Assembly: GCA_973895155.1 (NCBI GenBank)
Contig: OZ316896.1
Location: forward strand, 23,471,067-23,518,499
Source: Marsupella aquatica
Lineage: Eukaryota > Plantae > Marchantiophyta
Reading direction: 5' to 3'
DNA length: 47,433 nt
The notes under the pieces were generated by a model, which saw nothing but the letters and a program-made list of their open reading frames with translations, ran no database searches and was not told the DNA's origin. Positions 12,955 through 24,494 of the stretch are shown here, piece by piece. Made by a program: the position numbers and the translations under genes. Within the stretch, counting starts at the first letter, position 1. The number at the start of each line of letters is the position of its first letter.

Positions 12955-14489
12955 CTTCATAGTAGTCTTCAGGTCCCTCTTTAGCCTCATTTGAGATCTT
13001 AAACTTAAAAATTCTAAAATTTATGGCTAGTTAACCCTTCTTTCATAAACATCCTTATCTCACACTCATCAACTCGGATTTTGCACTCTCATCAATACGT
13101 TTCTTTGCATCTGGCGTCACAATTGATCTTCTTTGCCGTAAGCGGCCATTGCGACGGCTCAGCCTAACATCGGGCTTCAATGGATCCATCCGCTCTGGGT
13201 AACTATTCAAGTTCACAATTACATCACCGGGACTCACCATTGAATCACTAGGAATGATGGCCTGTACCACATTCAATCCATTGTCATGGAGAAAATCAAT
13301 TTCCTCTTGTGTTAGATAGGTTCCTCGAGCAATTGGGACCTTCTTCGGTAGTGGGGGCAGCCACCCAGTAACATATGCCATGAAGGATTTCTGGCAACAC
13401 TCGTTGTTTGGGCAAAACCAAAACTTTTGTGGAATGTTTGGATCCTTGTAACTGCTCCCAGCCAATAAGCACAATCCTACCACACCCAACGTTGCATGAT
13501 GAAATCCCACCTCCTTGATGTATAGACCGCATGTTGGACGTTCTATGCCTTTGAAGGCACCTCTACAAGCGGGACCACTTCCATGGTGACTGATGCGAGA
13601 CAAAAATAACATTTCTGGCATCACATTGCTCTCCTAAACTTATCTCTATTCGCCTCTATTATGCAAAGGTTCAGCAAACCGCATTGGTGGACAAACAGGG
13701 GGTGACCTTGGTATTGACCTTGTTGGGGTTGGAGGAGGTGGAACACGTGTTGCCCTTGTTGGGGGTGGAGGAGGAACACGGGTTGACTTCCTTGGGGTTG
13801 GTGGTGGAGGGACACATGTTGACCTTGTCGCACGCTGTGGTGAGCTCTCCAAAATCACCACATCTGATCCACTAGAGCCTGTAGGAGAGTCTGACAAGGT
13901 TGACAAACTGTCCACCACGTCGGGAATGGTACTTTTCAAGTTTGTATCTTGGCTTGAAATCCCCTTGAACTTCCGCTTCTTAGGTCGAGTTACTAGAATG
14001 ACATCATCGCAATGCATGGGAGTCTTCTACTATAATAGCATCAGCTAGAACCTTGCCTCGCACCGACATTTGTTGAGTTTCATAGTCACCAGGAATTGGG
14101 TCCCCCGAAGCATATTCAACCATCTCCGGTTGAGTCATCACTGTATTCAACTTTGGGAAGAAACTTTTAACATTCCCAACCATCTTGGCATCCAAAAGAC
14201 AAAGTTAAAAAAGGCTTGGGTCACGGCCCTTCCTCCCTTGGGTCGTGTAGTTGACAAGGGCACCAATTTGATTTGATGCACGGGTTGCATCCGTTATACA
14301 AGATTGCACTATTTCAATCTTGGTCGTGGAAGACCATCAGCGCATTGCGGCATGCACAGATTCTGCCCCGCTATGGTTCAACATCAATGCAGACTTAGTT
14401 CTGTCCATGTCCTACACAAAAATCAAAGAAAAGAGTATTATAAAAAATATGTACATGGCTCATCTTGTACAACATCTACAACATGTCCA

Positions 14490-14830
14490 ACGTGGTCCAT
14501 CCTGGAGAGGCTCTCCGAGATGACCCATGTGCTTACAAAAGTCGGAGAGGCTCTCTAACATGTCTAGTTTCTTGCTGGATATCTTTGAGATGACCTACGT
14601 GTTTCATCTTGGAGAGGTTCTCCGAGATGAACCATGTGTTTACAAAACAAGAGTTGTCTCTCAAACATGTTTACCTTCTCGCCCATTTGTTTCATCTTGG
14701 AGAGGCTCTCCGAGATGACCCACATCTTCCCTCTCGGAGAGGCTCTTTGAGATGACCCACATGTTCCATCTCAGAGAGGCTCTCTAACATGTCCAAGATG
14801 AATCTTCTCGAAGAGCCTCTCCAAGATGGA
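14490..14830. repeat. Intronic array of the palindromic motif CATCTTGGAGAGGCTCTCCGAGATG
   Basis: About 8 degenerate copies inside intron 14412-14856. Confidence 0.8.
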
Positions 14831-16944
14831 ATATTACTAAGAATTAATAAACTTACGAGCCGAATGAAGTTTCCCCATTGGGAGAACCGCACAATCCACC
14901 ACGAAAGCCATGTCTCGAGTGACTTGGTTTTTCCTTTGATTGCATTTCCATTTTTCCACCAATCCTTCATCTTCTCAAAAGTAAAAAATACAAGAACCAC
15001 ATTGGCAGCGTCCCTCAATGAATCCATAAGCTCCTTATGCTCAACTTGTTTGCCCTGGAAGAATGCATTTCTTTGTCATCTTCTCCACTGATTGTGCCTA
15101 GTGAAATGCATCAGATTGCTCCTTTTGAGAATTAACTCGACCGTCCCAAAATGTGTTTCGAACTGCATTCCACCCAACTGCAGCATTATCGGCAATAAAC
15201 CCGCAAAAGGTAACATTATCAAGCCCATTTGCCTTACACACTTGCTTCATGACCTTCCATGCAGTTTGCAGTGCAGCAGTATCTTCCAAAACTAGCTCGC
15301 ATACAAAAATTATGCACAGACCTCTGTATAGGTGCTCATATACATGAGCTGACATTGTGCACCATTGCTTCTTAGTCATTCGATGCATAACATCAAACAT
15401 CACCCATGAGTCTTGTAGATCTCCACCAGGCTGCATCCTTTGAATGAGATTGACTCCAGACCCTGGACCCTTTATAGTCATCTTGAAAATGTGTGGGCGC
15501 TCATCTGTATCTAGCTTCTGGTTTGGAAATAGAGTGCTATGGACAAATGAAAACGCTGTTTCTTTTTGAAGATCAAGGATGATTTGGAGGTCGAATGAGG
15601 CATGGGTATACTTGCGTATACTCTGTATCACAGATCTTACAAGTAATCAATCTGATAGGATCGCCAATGTTTCATTCAGATCCCGCGCTTCCTCAAATGT
15701 GACAATCCCAGCAACCTTGTCATCAAATATATCCCTTAGAGCTTTAATTGTGTCACTCTTGATCATAGACGATATTGCATTTGGATTCTTCTTCAATTTC
15801 TCCTCCATCAACTTATGTAAGAAAGCTTTCCGATCTTTCTTGAGAACAAATTTGGCCGGATGTGAGTGACTCCCAACATGCATAGCAACACGTGTCACGT
15901 GCTTGTAAATGTAATGGTCATGAGAGGTTGGAGTGATGTAGAACATTTTGGCTGGACACTTGGCTATACACTTAGGAGGCTGATCACAAAAGGCGCAAAT
16001 CATACTCTCTGCTGGAACTAGTTGCCCAACAAGAAATAAAACCTCATTTCTCCCACCCCTATCTCGCTACCATTATGTGGAATTGCGCTCATTGTTACTT
16101 GTAAATGCTGGACAATCTGAATGTTGACATTTCAAAGAGCCCAGGCATCTCACATTCCCAATCTTATACTTGAAGCCTCCCTTGTTCAGCTTAGGTCCAA
16201 TTTGGGCTCCTGTCTCGATGAGCTTGCTCCACAAATGGCAATCATTTTTCCGCTCCATACCCAAGAAGAAGGCACCCTTTGTGTGGATACCTGTGAATGG
16301 GGGGAGCTCAAAAATGCAATCTCCATCATACCATTCAGGTAGATTCATGACTTGTTGGGGATAATGCACTTTGAGAATGGTATGGGCAGCCTTTACACAT
16401 CGCGATGCGCCTTTCCCTTTCAACATTGCAACAACAACACTTTCAAGAAATTTGGCTTGCTCTACCTCTGCCGGCCACTCTGAAATCTTCTCTCCGTTTT
16501 GAGATTGCAAACAAACTTCAGTAAGAGGAACAGAGCACAGCTTCTGCTGAAGGACGTACAAAACTTCACTTTTCAGATGCCATATCCTTTCCTCTCCACT
16601 CTCCTTTGAGTTTGCCTCAATCAATGGTAAGATGTCGTTGGCCTCAAAGAGTGCCCACTCCCCAATCTCAACATCAAACCGACGAGCTAATTCGTTGTCT
16701 GGTGTATGCCAAACAACACCATCAGTCGCAAGCACAACAACGTCTCCATTGTCTGGAAACGTGATCCTCACACGGCCAGCCATGATAACCACTTGAAGAA
16801 AGACTAATGTTGAGCACCACGAGAGTTCAAGTGGCATCTACTGAGAGATTCCTCATTCATGTAAGGGATTTTATTGCCTTTCCGCGAACGTCAATTCAGT
16901 TTTGTTTCTCAAGACCGTAACTTAATCAGCAAACAGTATGTGAA

Positions 16945-17345
16945 AACTATTATTGATTCTTATGACTTTGTTTTGTCAGAGTACCTTATCGCCCAGACAA
17001 AGCGTAAAAATTGTTATTGACTCTTCTTTCTTTGTTGAATATGTCAAGATTGCTTTGTCAGAGTACCTTACCGCCCAGACAAAGTGTAAAAACTATTATT
17101 GACTCTTCTTTCTTTGTTGAATATTTCTGACTTTGTTTTGTCAGAGTACCTTACCGCCCAGTCCGAGCGTAAAATCTGTTATTGACTCTTCTTTCTTTGT
17201 TGAATATGTGAACATTGTTTTGTTAGAGTACCTTATTGTCCACACCGAGCGTAAAAATTGTTACAAATATTCTTCCCCCGTTTAATATGTAACAATCCTT
17301 CTTGACAACGTACCCTTGTGAGCGTGAAAACTGTTATTGACTATT
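16945..17345. repeat. About 82-bp tandem repeat, about 4.5 copies, upstream of the transposase start
   Basis: TGT(C/T)AGAGTACCTTA at 16974, 17056, 17139, 17221. Confidence 0.9.
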
Positions 17346-17399
17346 GACTTTGCGTCTAGGTAAAGCAAGTTTAGGGTGTCCATTAGGCCAACTGACAAG

Positions 17400-17687
17400 C
17401 CATCTTGCGCCAAAGTTCAGCGAGGACCATGTTAGAGAGGCTCTCCAAGATGCCATCTTGCACAGGTATGAAGCCCGGACCCATGTCAGAGAGGCTCTCT
17501 GGGATGCCATCTTGCGTAGGTATGAAGCCTCGACCCATGTTAGAGAGGCTCTCCGAGATGCCATCTTGCGTTGGAGTTCAGCAAACACCATGTTAGAGGG
17601 GCTCTCTGAGATGCCATCTTGCATAGGTATGAAGCCTCGACCCATGTTAGAGAGGCTCTCCGAGATGCCATCTTGCGCCGGAGTTCA
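17400..17687. repeat. 54-bp tandem array (left part) containing GAGAGGCTCTCCGAGATG
   Basis: CCATGT at 17427, 17481, 17535, 17588, 17642; the array resumes in register at 20283. Confidence 0.9.
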
Positions 17688-20282
17688 TGTCACCTGCTTA
17701 TCAAAATGATTTACACGACAAATATGTATTTCCTCCTACTAAAATTGTTTGTTATCGTATGACGGGAACGTGGAGGGACGCTATTAGGATTCTATTGCAT
17801 GTAGGATGAGTATGTTTATTTCCACTCCCGGAAATGTAATTTTTGATCAAGTCTACTGACTAGCCTCTCTGCTTTTGATCAAGTCCCATGGACTACACCA
17901 CACACACACTCCTATTGGTCGTTGGTGGAGTGCTGTCACCACCCCTCCTACTCACATGGTTGACCAAACCGTGCAAGGATTCCTTAGATACTTCTTGGGG
18001 AAATAACACAATCGTGAACCAGAAAAGGTAACGCCACACCAAAACTTGAGGAATCAAACCAAATCCATATCTTTTGGAAAAATGTCGTAACACATTGCAA
18101 GGACAACCCGGCCTCCTGCCGTCTCCCCAACTCCTGCCTCACTGGGGCAAGTGCTACACCTCTACCTCACTACTCTGGCTTGATTCCCTCTTCTGGCTAT
18201 GAACTAACTTTCCTAAAACCAACACTAGACTGAGTTCCCCCCTCACTACTCCGGGGCTCTTCTCTTAAATATTGAAAACAAACACACCAAAGCACCCCTC
18301 TAGGAGTCACAAAGATGGCGGCTACCCTAGCGGCGCCGCTAAAACCCTTCACAAAGAAATCTCTAACCTAAAACATGCGGCACACACATGCTCCTGAAAA
18401 CCCTAAACTAACTACGGGACCGTCGGTGCCAACCGTAATCATCCGTAGTCTCGGGGAAGTGAGGGGGCCACTCATGGTCGAAACCTCAAATATGTCCAAC
18501 TACTCCCCTGAGGGGAGCCCTGGATAGCTCTGCTCCTCCTGATCACGAATCCGTAAACGGCTCCGCAAACGGACTCCGGATGACCCAGTTATGGTCGTTT
18601 CAGTATCCCGTACCAACCAACTTCGCGGGGCCCTATCTTCCTCATTCTTGCTCCGTTTGAGGAGCGCCGCCTCTTGTTGGAATCAGCTCCGCGAGCTCTT
18701 TCCAACAAGCCCGTGAGTGCCCACTTCCCAAAAAATTTCAAAGTCAAGAGGTCGTACGACCAAGTCCGTACGGCCACCCTAGTCCTCCTCCTCCTCACTC
18801 ACGGTGCCATGGCTTGAGCCCCGTGAGTTGGTCTCCTCATCAGTCCTCCTCACTCACGGTGCCCTGGCTTGAGCCCTGTGAGTTGGTCTCCTCATCGCTC
18901 TCCATTGGAGTGGATACCACTCCGCTAAACAAGGACTCACTTGAGTCCACCACCTCCTATCCTATCTATCTACCCTGCCTACTAGCCTCAATCCTCCTGA
19001 TCGCCACCACCGGTCCATTGTAAAAGGAAGGGGCCCCTATAATTGTCGAAACTAAAATTTTCTCAGAATTCACTTCTGAAAACATATCTGAGGAGCCCTC
19101 CTCTTCCTGATCACGGCTCCGTAAACGGTGCGCAAAACGGAGGTCAAACGGCCAAGATATGATCGTTTAACTTTTCACGGGGCACTGTCTCCCTCCGTTT
19201 CGTCCGTACAACACCAGGGGGCCCCGGCTTTGCAAAACACGGTTTACGGTTTCCACATATGTGCTGCTATCTACGTACGGCCTCACAACCCCCGTATTCT
19301 CAAAAAACGAGATTTGTTGTATCTCCCCCGTCTTAGCTCCGTTTTGGCCGTGTGACACATCGTTGGATTCAGCTCGGCGAGCTCTTTCCAACAAGCCCAT
19401 AGACTCCTGATTTTGAGATGGTCGAAAATCTGATGTTCGTACAATCAGGGTCCGTACACACGTTGAAAGCAAGCACAAGAGGGAAAGGGTTTAGGGTTTA
19501 GGGTTTAGGTATGGGTGGAAACCCCACAAGTGAGAATAGAGAAAAATGGAAGGAAGAAAGTGTGAGGGCGCCTTGTACGAATATGTTCTTCTACGGAGTG
19601 CCCCTTCTACGGAGTGGTTCTTCTACGGAGTGGTTCTTCTACGGAGTGCCCCTCCACGGAGTGGGGAGGGAAAGAGAGCAAAAACCATGTGAATATCACA
19701 CAAAGGGTGAAGGGGAACACAAGTATGGGAGCCCCTTCCTTCTAAGGGCCCTCCCACCATCACTACTCCAAGATTGCCTAGTTTGTCGTTTTACGGGCGT
19801 TGAGGTCCCTCAAGATGTCACTGTTTGATATAGACCTAAAATCAACTAGAGAACCTCAGTTTCGCATGGGGCTCATTGAGGGCTTCAAAATGAATCCAAA
19901 CATGACCATGTTTGGAATAGTCTAGCACAGCAACGTCTATTTTAAGTTTCAATGTTTTTTATATTTTGGTCATTCTTCCCGTTTTGTGCCTAACGTGGAG
20001 CCTCCGACCAGCCCCCACCCCTCCAAGATGCCCACACCTTGGCTCCAAGTCCTTGGGCTGTCTTGTGGCCTCCTTGTACCCCCTCAATGGTTCCCTTGTC
20101 ATCCATCACCGCCCGACACCCCTCTCAACTCCGGCCTCTGGTTGTCGCATCCATTTATTAGAACTAACAAAAATAAAAAATTTGAAAATCCAAACACTTT
20201 TACTACACCTACTTGTCTTTCTACTTATATACGCAATTATAAGTCATCACTAAGTTACTATCGGGTTTGGGGCCCTGTCACA
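17688..20282. mobile_element. 2595-bp solo LTR (third family) with perfect 5-bp TSD
   Basis: TGTCAC...GTCACA termini; TSD GTTCA at 17683-17687 and 20283-20287; splits a 54-bp repeat unit; no convincing ORF. Confidence 0.85.
19486..19509 (+). repeat. Three plant telomere-type TTTAGGG units (telo-box-like)
   Basis: AGGGTTTAGGGTTTAGGGTTTAGG. Confidence 0.7.
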
Positions 20283-20600
20283 GTTCAGCAAACACCATGT
20301 TAGAGGGGCTCTCTGAGATCCCACCTTGCGCAGGTATGAAGCCTCGACCCATCTTAGAGAGGCTCTCCGAGATGCCATATTGCACCGGAGTTCAATAAAC
20401 ACCATGTTAGAGGGGCTCTTTGAGATGCCATCTTGCGCAGATATGAAGCCTCGACCCATGTTAGAGAGGCTCTCCGAGATGCCATCTTGCGCCGGAGTTC
20501 AGCAAACACCATGTTAGAGAGGCTCTCCGAGATGCCATCTTGCACCGGAGTTAAGCAAGGACCATGTTAGAGAGGCTCTCTGAGATACCATCTTCAGGTG
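20283..20600. repeat. 54-bp tandem array (right part)
   Basis: Same unit as 17400-17687, about 6 copies; further motif copies up to 20735. Confidence 0.9.
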
Positions 20601-20850
20601 TGTAGCAAGGATCAGGCTCAATATTTGTCAGAGAGCCAATTCAAAGTTATCACCAACACCTCCTGTCCTGATGTGTCATCTCGGAGAGGCTCTCCTAGGT
20701 CTGACCTTGTGTAATATGCCATTTTAGAGCCTCTCTGTGATGCCTAGACAGGAATCACTCGGCCGGTTAAGTGGGTAAAGCAGGAAGGCACCCTAGGAAC
20801 ACCTTAGTATAGTGACAAAACAAGGAAAATATAAACAATTAGGGGCAACC

Positions 20851-23800
20851 ATGGAACCCGGGCAGAGGCCGGAGGTAAGGCTGAGGGTGAAAACCCGATT
20901 AGGGTTAGGGCGCGTTAAGCGTCGGCGGCTAGGAAGGATCAACGGGAAGAAGGACCGGCAGAGGAGAGGGGTAAGGAGCGCTTGCAGGAGATGGTGGCTC
21001 ATTTGCGAGCACGAACTAGGCAGACGACTACGGGAGGCCAACTACTGTCAGCTGCTTAGGCAAGCACTCGGGGAGAGAGTAGATACCGACGATCAACCTA
21101 AGGAGGGTATGAGCAACGTCAATCAAGCGGCACATTTCTGGGGATGCCTGTTCGAACGGGCAACTGAGTACATCAAGACTTACGAGGACGAGGAGTCAGA
21201 AAGGGCAGCTCGAGAACGGCAGGAGCTCGCTCGATTGTGGGAGCTGCAGAAGACGGCTTTCTTAGGAGGCGAACTCATCAAGGACGAGTTCCTGTGGACG
21301 CCTACTTCCAATCAACTCGACGATCTTCTGTTTTGCAAGGACAGCGTCGTCGGCATCCGAGAGGCCATCAAGAACTGCAACGACATACACTGGGAATTAA
21401 AGGGTAGCACGGAAAGGTGGACCCAGGCAACGGTGCTAGGAGAAACCTCCACGGCAGCAGAGATGAAGAGGAAGGGAGCCGTCAACGATGAAGCCACCCC
21501 GGCAAAAAGAACGAGGTCGGCGGCACCAAAGAAGCCAGCCGAGCAGCAGAGCAGGAGGCAGGGAGAAGCCGAAGAGGAGGAGGTCGATCCCATCAAGGCC
21601 ATTCCAACCAGGGATGACACCTGGAAGGGCTGGGCGGCAACCCTACCGGTGGAGGTGCAACTACATTTTGCACGGGAGGAGGATGCATGCTTTACGGCCA
21701 TGCAGACCAAGAAGTACCAAGGCTTCATGGCCGGATCCGGCTTGGAGGCCTTTGTAAGATTACCATGGCTGAAGCCGGAGGTACCGGAGTCAGACCTATT
21801 AGAATTCGTGGGGTCATGGGAACCCGAGACCAATTGCACGAGGATATATGGGAAGGATTTCTATCTTACTCCCAAGGTGATTGCCGAAGTGTTTGGCTTG
21901 CCGATGGGCAATAAGACCAAAGTTGATACCAGGAAGACCTTGCCTGACAAGGAGTTCCGGTCGTTCCCCGGGCCATCAACGAAGAATGGCTTCTTCCGGA
22001 ACACCTGCACCAACCCGCACATAGGAGAGATGATCGACTTCTTGCGGGTGACCATGCATTGTAACTTGCCGAGGGCAGAGATCGGCAAGGCACAGGTCTA
22101 TCTGGCAGAAAGGCCAGACCCAAGCCGGGACTACAACGGGTACCTCCTCAACCAATTGAAGAAGATCTTAAAGGAGGAGCAGCAGGTAATTGGCATGGGG
22201 AGCGTGTCGCGGCTTGGCTATCACATGCCGCTGTTGTGCCGGTATGCCAGAGGTCAGACTTTTGCCCCGGTACTTCCCCTGCAGGTAAGGGCACCCGAGG
22301 AAGCTCCAACGCCGAGGCCGTTGGCTGAGAAGCCTCAACCACCTGTTAGTCCTACGATCGAGCAGGTGTTTAGGCCCAGGAAGGAAGACTTGCCGATGCA
22401 GCAACCAGGCATGCAGAGTCTGCTGAAACTACTGGAGAAAGAAAAGAAATCGGCATCGGCAACAACAACGGCAACGGCAACAATGCAGGACACTACTACA
22501 GAGGTAGGCCTACACCAGCTCACAAGAGAAAACCCCTTTGCTGGAGACAAGGAGAGAATCAGGCCGGAATCCAAGCCAGGTGTTCGAATGTACGTGGGAA
22601 CCTCAAGCTCCGAATCTGAGGCAGAATTGCCTGAAGCTCCTACCGAGGAAGAGGAGAGGGAGAAGCCGGAAATCCAAGAGGTAGAGGAGGCAGTGGAGGA
22701 CTGCAGCCATGATAATTCCGGCTATGGGTCGGACCATCACGTTCCAGGAGTAAGGACCTGTGGCCGGTTTGTCCCCACACTTCCAAGGGTAGTGCGAGGG
22801 GACCCCAACCAGCAGAGTAGCCCTGAGTCTCCCCCACCAGATGTTGCTCCCCCGAGCTTCGACGGCATAAAACAGACGGTGCAGGAATTTCAGGAGCGAA
22901 TCAAGCAGGAGGAAGAGGCCGCCCTGGCTAAGGAAAAGGATTTACCAGGAGGAGATTGGCCGGAGGACATCAGGCGGCTAGCCGAAAAAGGAAGCAAACC
23001 TCTAGCCACGATTGAAGAGATCCGCAGGACGGCTTGGGAGCAGAGGCCACGATGGGCGATGCCGATCACTTCTACTTACTCCACCTACGCTAAGAATAGA
23101 GCCATGGAGTATGGTGAGATGTGTGGGGAACTTGCGCTCGGCATCTTTGGAGAGGAGTTGGAGGTAGGACCCTTTTTCCATAGGGAGCAGTTGGAGAAGC
23201 ACCAATTAGAAGAAGCGGTGGCTTTAGAGAGAAGCAAGAAGGACGAGGTCATTCGGCGGCTTAGGAGGATGGGAGCCGAGATTGAAGATCTAAGGGCGGC
23301 CAAGAAAGCCCAAGATGAACTGCGGATTAAACGACATGAGCTGAACATCATGCAGGGGCAGTTGGACGCCGCGCAGGCTGATAATCAGAATATCAAGGAT
23401 AAACTGACTCAGACGCAGGAAGAGTTGGCCGACACGATCAAAGAAAGGGAAAAGTGGAAGCAAGAGCTGAAGAATACAGAGGAGGCCCACATAACAGCCA
23501 ACAGCCGGGCCATGGCGGAGACCCAAAGAAAGGAATGGGCGTTGAAAGGGGAGCTCGAGAAAATCCGCGGAGCCCTTGAGCAGAAGGAGGTCGAGTTAGG
23601 GAAATCCTATCAAGGGATTATGGCGCTGCAGCAGGAGCTTGCGTCCCTGACGGCCAGCTTCAAGGCCGACCTAAGGGAGAAGGACGAGATGCTCGAACAG
23701 ACTTACGCCAAGATGAACCAGATGGAGTCTGTCATCATTGCAGAGCTCGACAAGGAGCTAAGAGCAACCCAGGAGGAGAAGGCTACCTTGAAGAAGGAAT

Positions 23801-24474
23801 TGGAGGAAGCCCACAGGGAGCAGGAGGAGGCCAAAAACGAGCTGGAGGGGGCACGTAAGGACCTGGATGAAACCCAAGAGGAGTTGGAGGAAATCACGAG
23901 GAAGATGGAGAACCTACAGCGGCGGGCCGACAACCAAACAGAGCGGCTGAAGAAACAAGCCGCAGTATTTAAATGCTTAGCTGCAGCGGGTCCATCTCCT
24001 GTTGGGACAAACCAGTTACCAGGGGTGGTAATTGCCGAAGGACAAGCCGCGCCACCTGCACCAGTGCCGGAGGTAAGTGGGAAGGGGAAGGGACCAGCTG
24101 CCGAGCCACCAACGAAGAAGAAGCGGAAACCTTCAGGGTCAAGGAGTAATACGACTTCACAGGCCGTGGTGATCAAGGAGGTAGACCCAACACCGACCCC
24201 AGACAGGGTCACGGCTAGGGATCCAACTACCCTAGGGGAAGGGGAAGCCGAAGCCGTGAGAGTGGCTGAAGCCGAAGCCGTGAGAGTGGCTGAGGCCGAA
24301 GCCGTGGGTATTGCTGAGGCCGGTGTCGAGGCTGAAGCCGAAGGTGGACCCAGTCAGGCCGAGGGAGAGTTGACTCGGTCAAGGGCAGGTAATCTGTCAG
24401 TAGGCGGGCCAACGGCAGTGGCTGAGGAGGAAGTGTTGGGGGCGTCCATTGAGGATCCACCACCGGTGTCGTGA
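20851..24474 (+). CDS. Intact LTR-encoded protein, 1207 aa from the first ATG: plant-TE-type N-terminal domain, long coiled coil, NLS, acidic repeat tail; function unknown
   Basis: Open frame 20812..24474; ATG in GCAACCATGG context; E/K/Q/L heptad-rich region; PTKKKRKP; no clear transmembrane segment. Confidence 0.85.
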   Translation: MEPGQRPEVRLRVKTRLGLGRVKRRRLGRINGKKDRQRRGVRSACRRWWLICEHELGRRLREANYCQLLRQALGERVDTDDQPKEGMSNVNQAAHFWGCLFERATEYIKTYEDEESERAARERQELARLWELQKTAFLGGELIKDEFLWTPTSNQLDDLLFCKDSVVGIREAIKNCNDIHWELKGSTERWTQATVLGETSTAAEMKRKGAVNDEATPAKRTRSAAPKKPAEQQSRRQGEAEEEEVDPIKAIPTRDDTWKGWAATLPVEVQLHFAREEDACFTAMQTKKYQGFMAGSGLEAFVRLPWLKPEVPESDLLEFVGSWEPETNCTRIYGKDFYLTPKVIAEVFGLPMGNKTKVDTRKTLPDKEFRSFPGPSTKNGFFRNTCTNPHIGEMIDFLRVTMHCNLPRAEIGKAQVYLAERPDPSRDYNGYLLNQLKKILKEEQQVIGMGSVSRLGYHMPLLCRYARGQTFAPVLPLQVRAPEEAPTPRPLAEKPQPPVSPTIEQVFRPRKEDLPMQQPGMQSLLKLLEKEKKSASATTTATATMQDTTTEVGLHQLTRENPFAGDKERIRPESKPGVRMYVGTSSSESEAELPEAPTEEEEREKPEIQEVEEAVEDCSHDNSGYGSDHHVPGVRTCGRFVPTLPRVVRGDPNQQSSPESPPPDVAPPSFDGIKQTVQEFQERIKQEEEAALAKEKDLPGGDWPEDIRRLAEKGSKPLATIEEIRRTAWEQRPRWAMPITSTYSTYAKNRAMEYGEMCGELALGIFGEELEVGPFFHREQLEKHQLEEAVALERSKKDEVIRRLRRMGAEIEDLRAAKKAQDELRIKRHELNIMQGQLDAAQADNQNIKDKLTQTQEELADTIKEREKWKQELKNTEEAHITANSRAMAETQRKEWALKGELEKIRGALEQKEVELGKSYQGIMALQQELASLTASFKADLREKDEMLEQTYAKMNQMESVIIAELDKELRATQEEKATLKKELEEAHREQEEAKNELEGARKDLDETQEELEEITRKMENLQRRADNQTERLKKQAAVFKCLAAAGPSPVGTNQLPGVVIAEGQAAPPAPVPEVSGKGKGPAAEPPTKKKRKPSGSRSNTTSQAVVIKEVDPTPTPDRVTARDPTTLGEGEAEAVRVAEAEAVRVAEAEAVGIAEAGVEAEAEGGPSQAEGELTRSRAGNLSVGGPTAVAEEEVLGASIEDPPPVS

Positions 24475-24494
24475 CGGTGCAAGGGCGCCGTTCC

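Larger units (their letters stand above)
9168..16783 (-). pseudogene. Degenerate, intron-containing Mutator-like (MULE) DDE transposase with N-terminal GCM-like Cys/His domain and C-terminal SWIM finger; interrupted by a solo LTR
   Basis: Fragments: RCLGSLKC..C / CAFC..PKC...C / HVGSHSHP; WVMFDVMHR (D1); GFIADNA (D2); AFH; N.SGAESVHA (E, exon starting 14411); P..C.NF...PCKHLYW (SWIM). Intron 14412-14856 (GTAAGT...TAG) and a probable short intron near 12999-13059. Several stops and frameshifts. Confidence 0.7.

Noticed and set aside
20851-24474. env gene, or captured host myosin/SMC-like gene
   Set aside because: No signal peptide/transmembrane or motor/ATPase motifs; coiled-coil similarity is generic.
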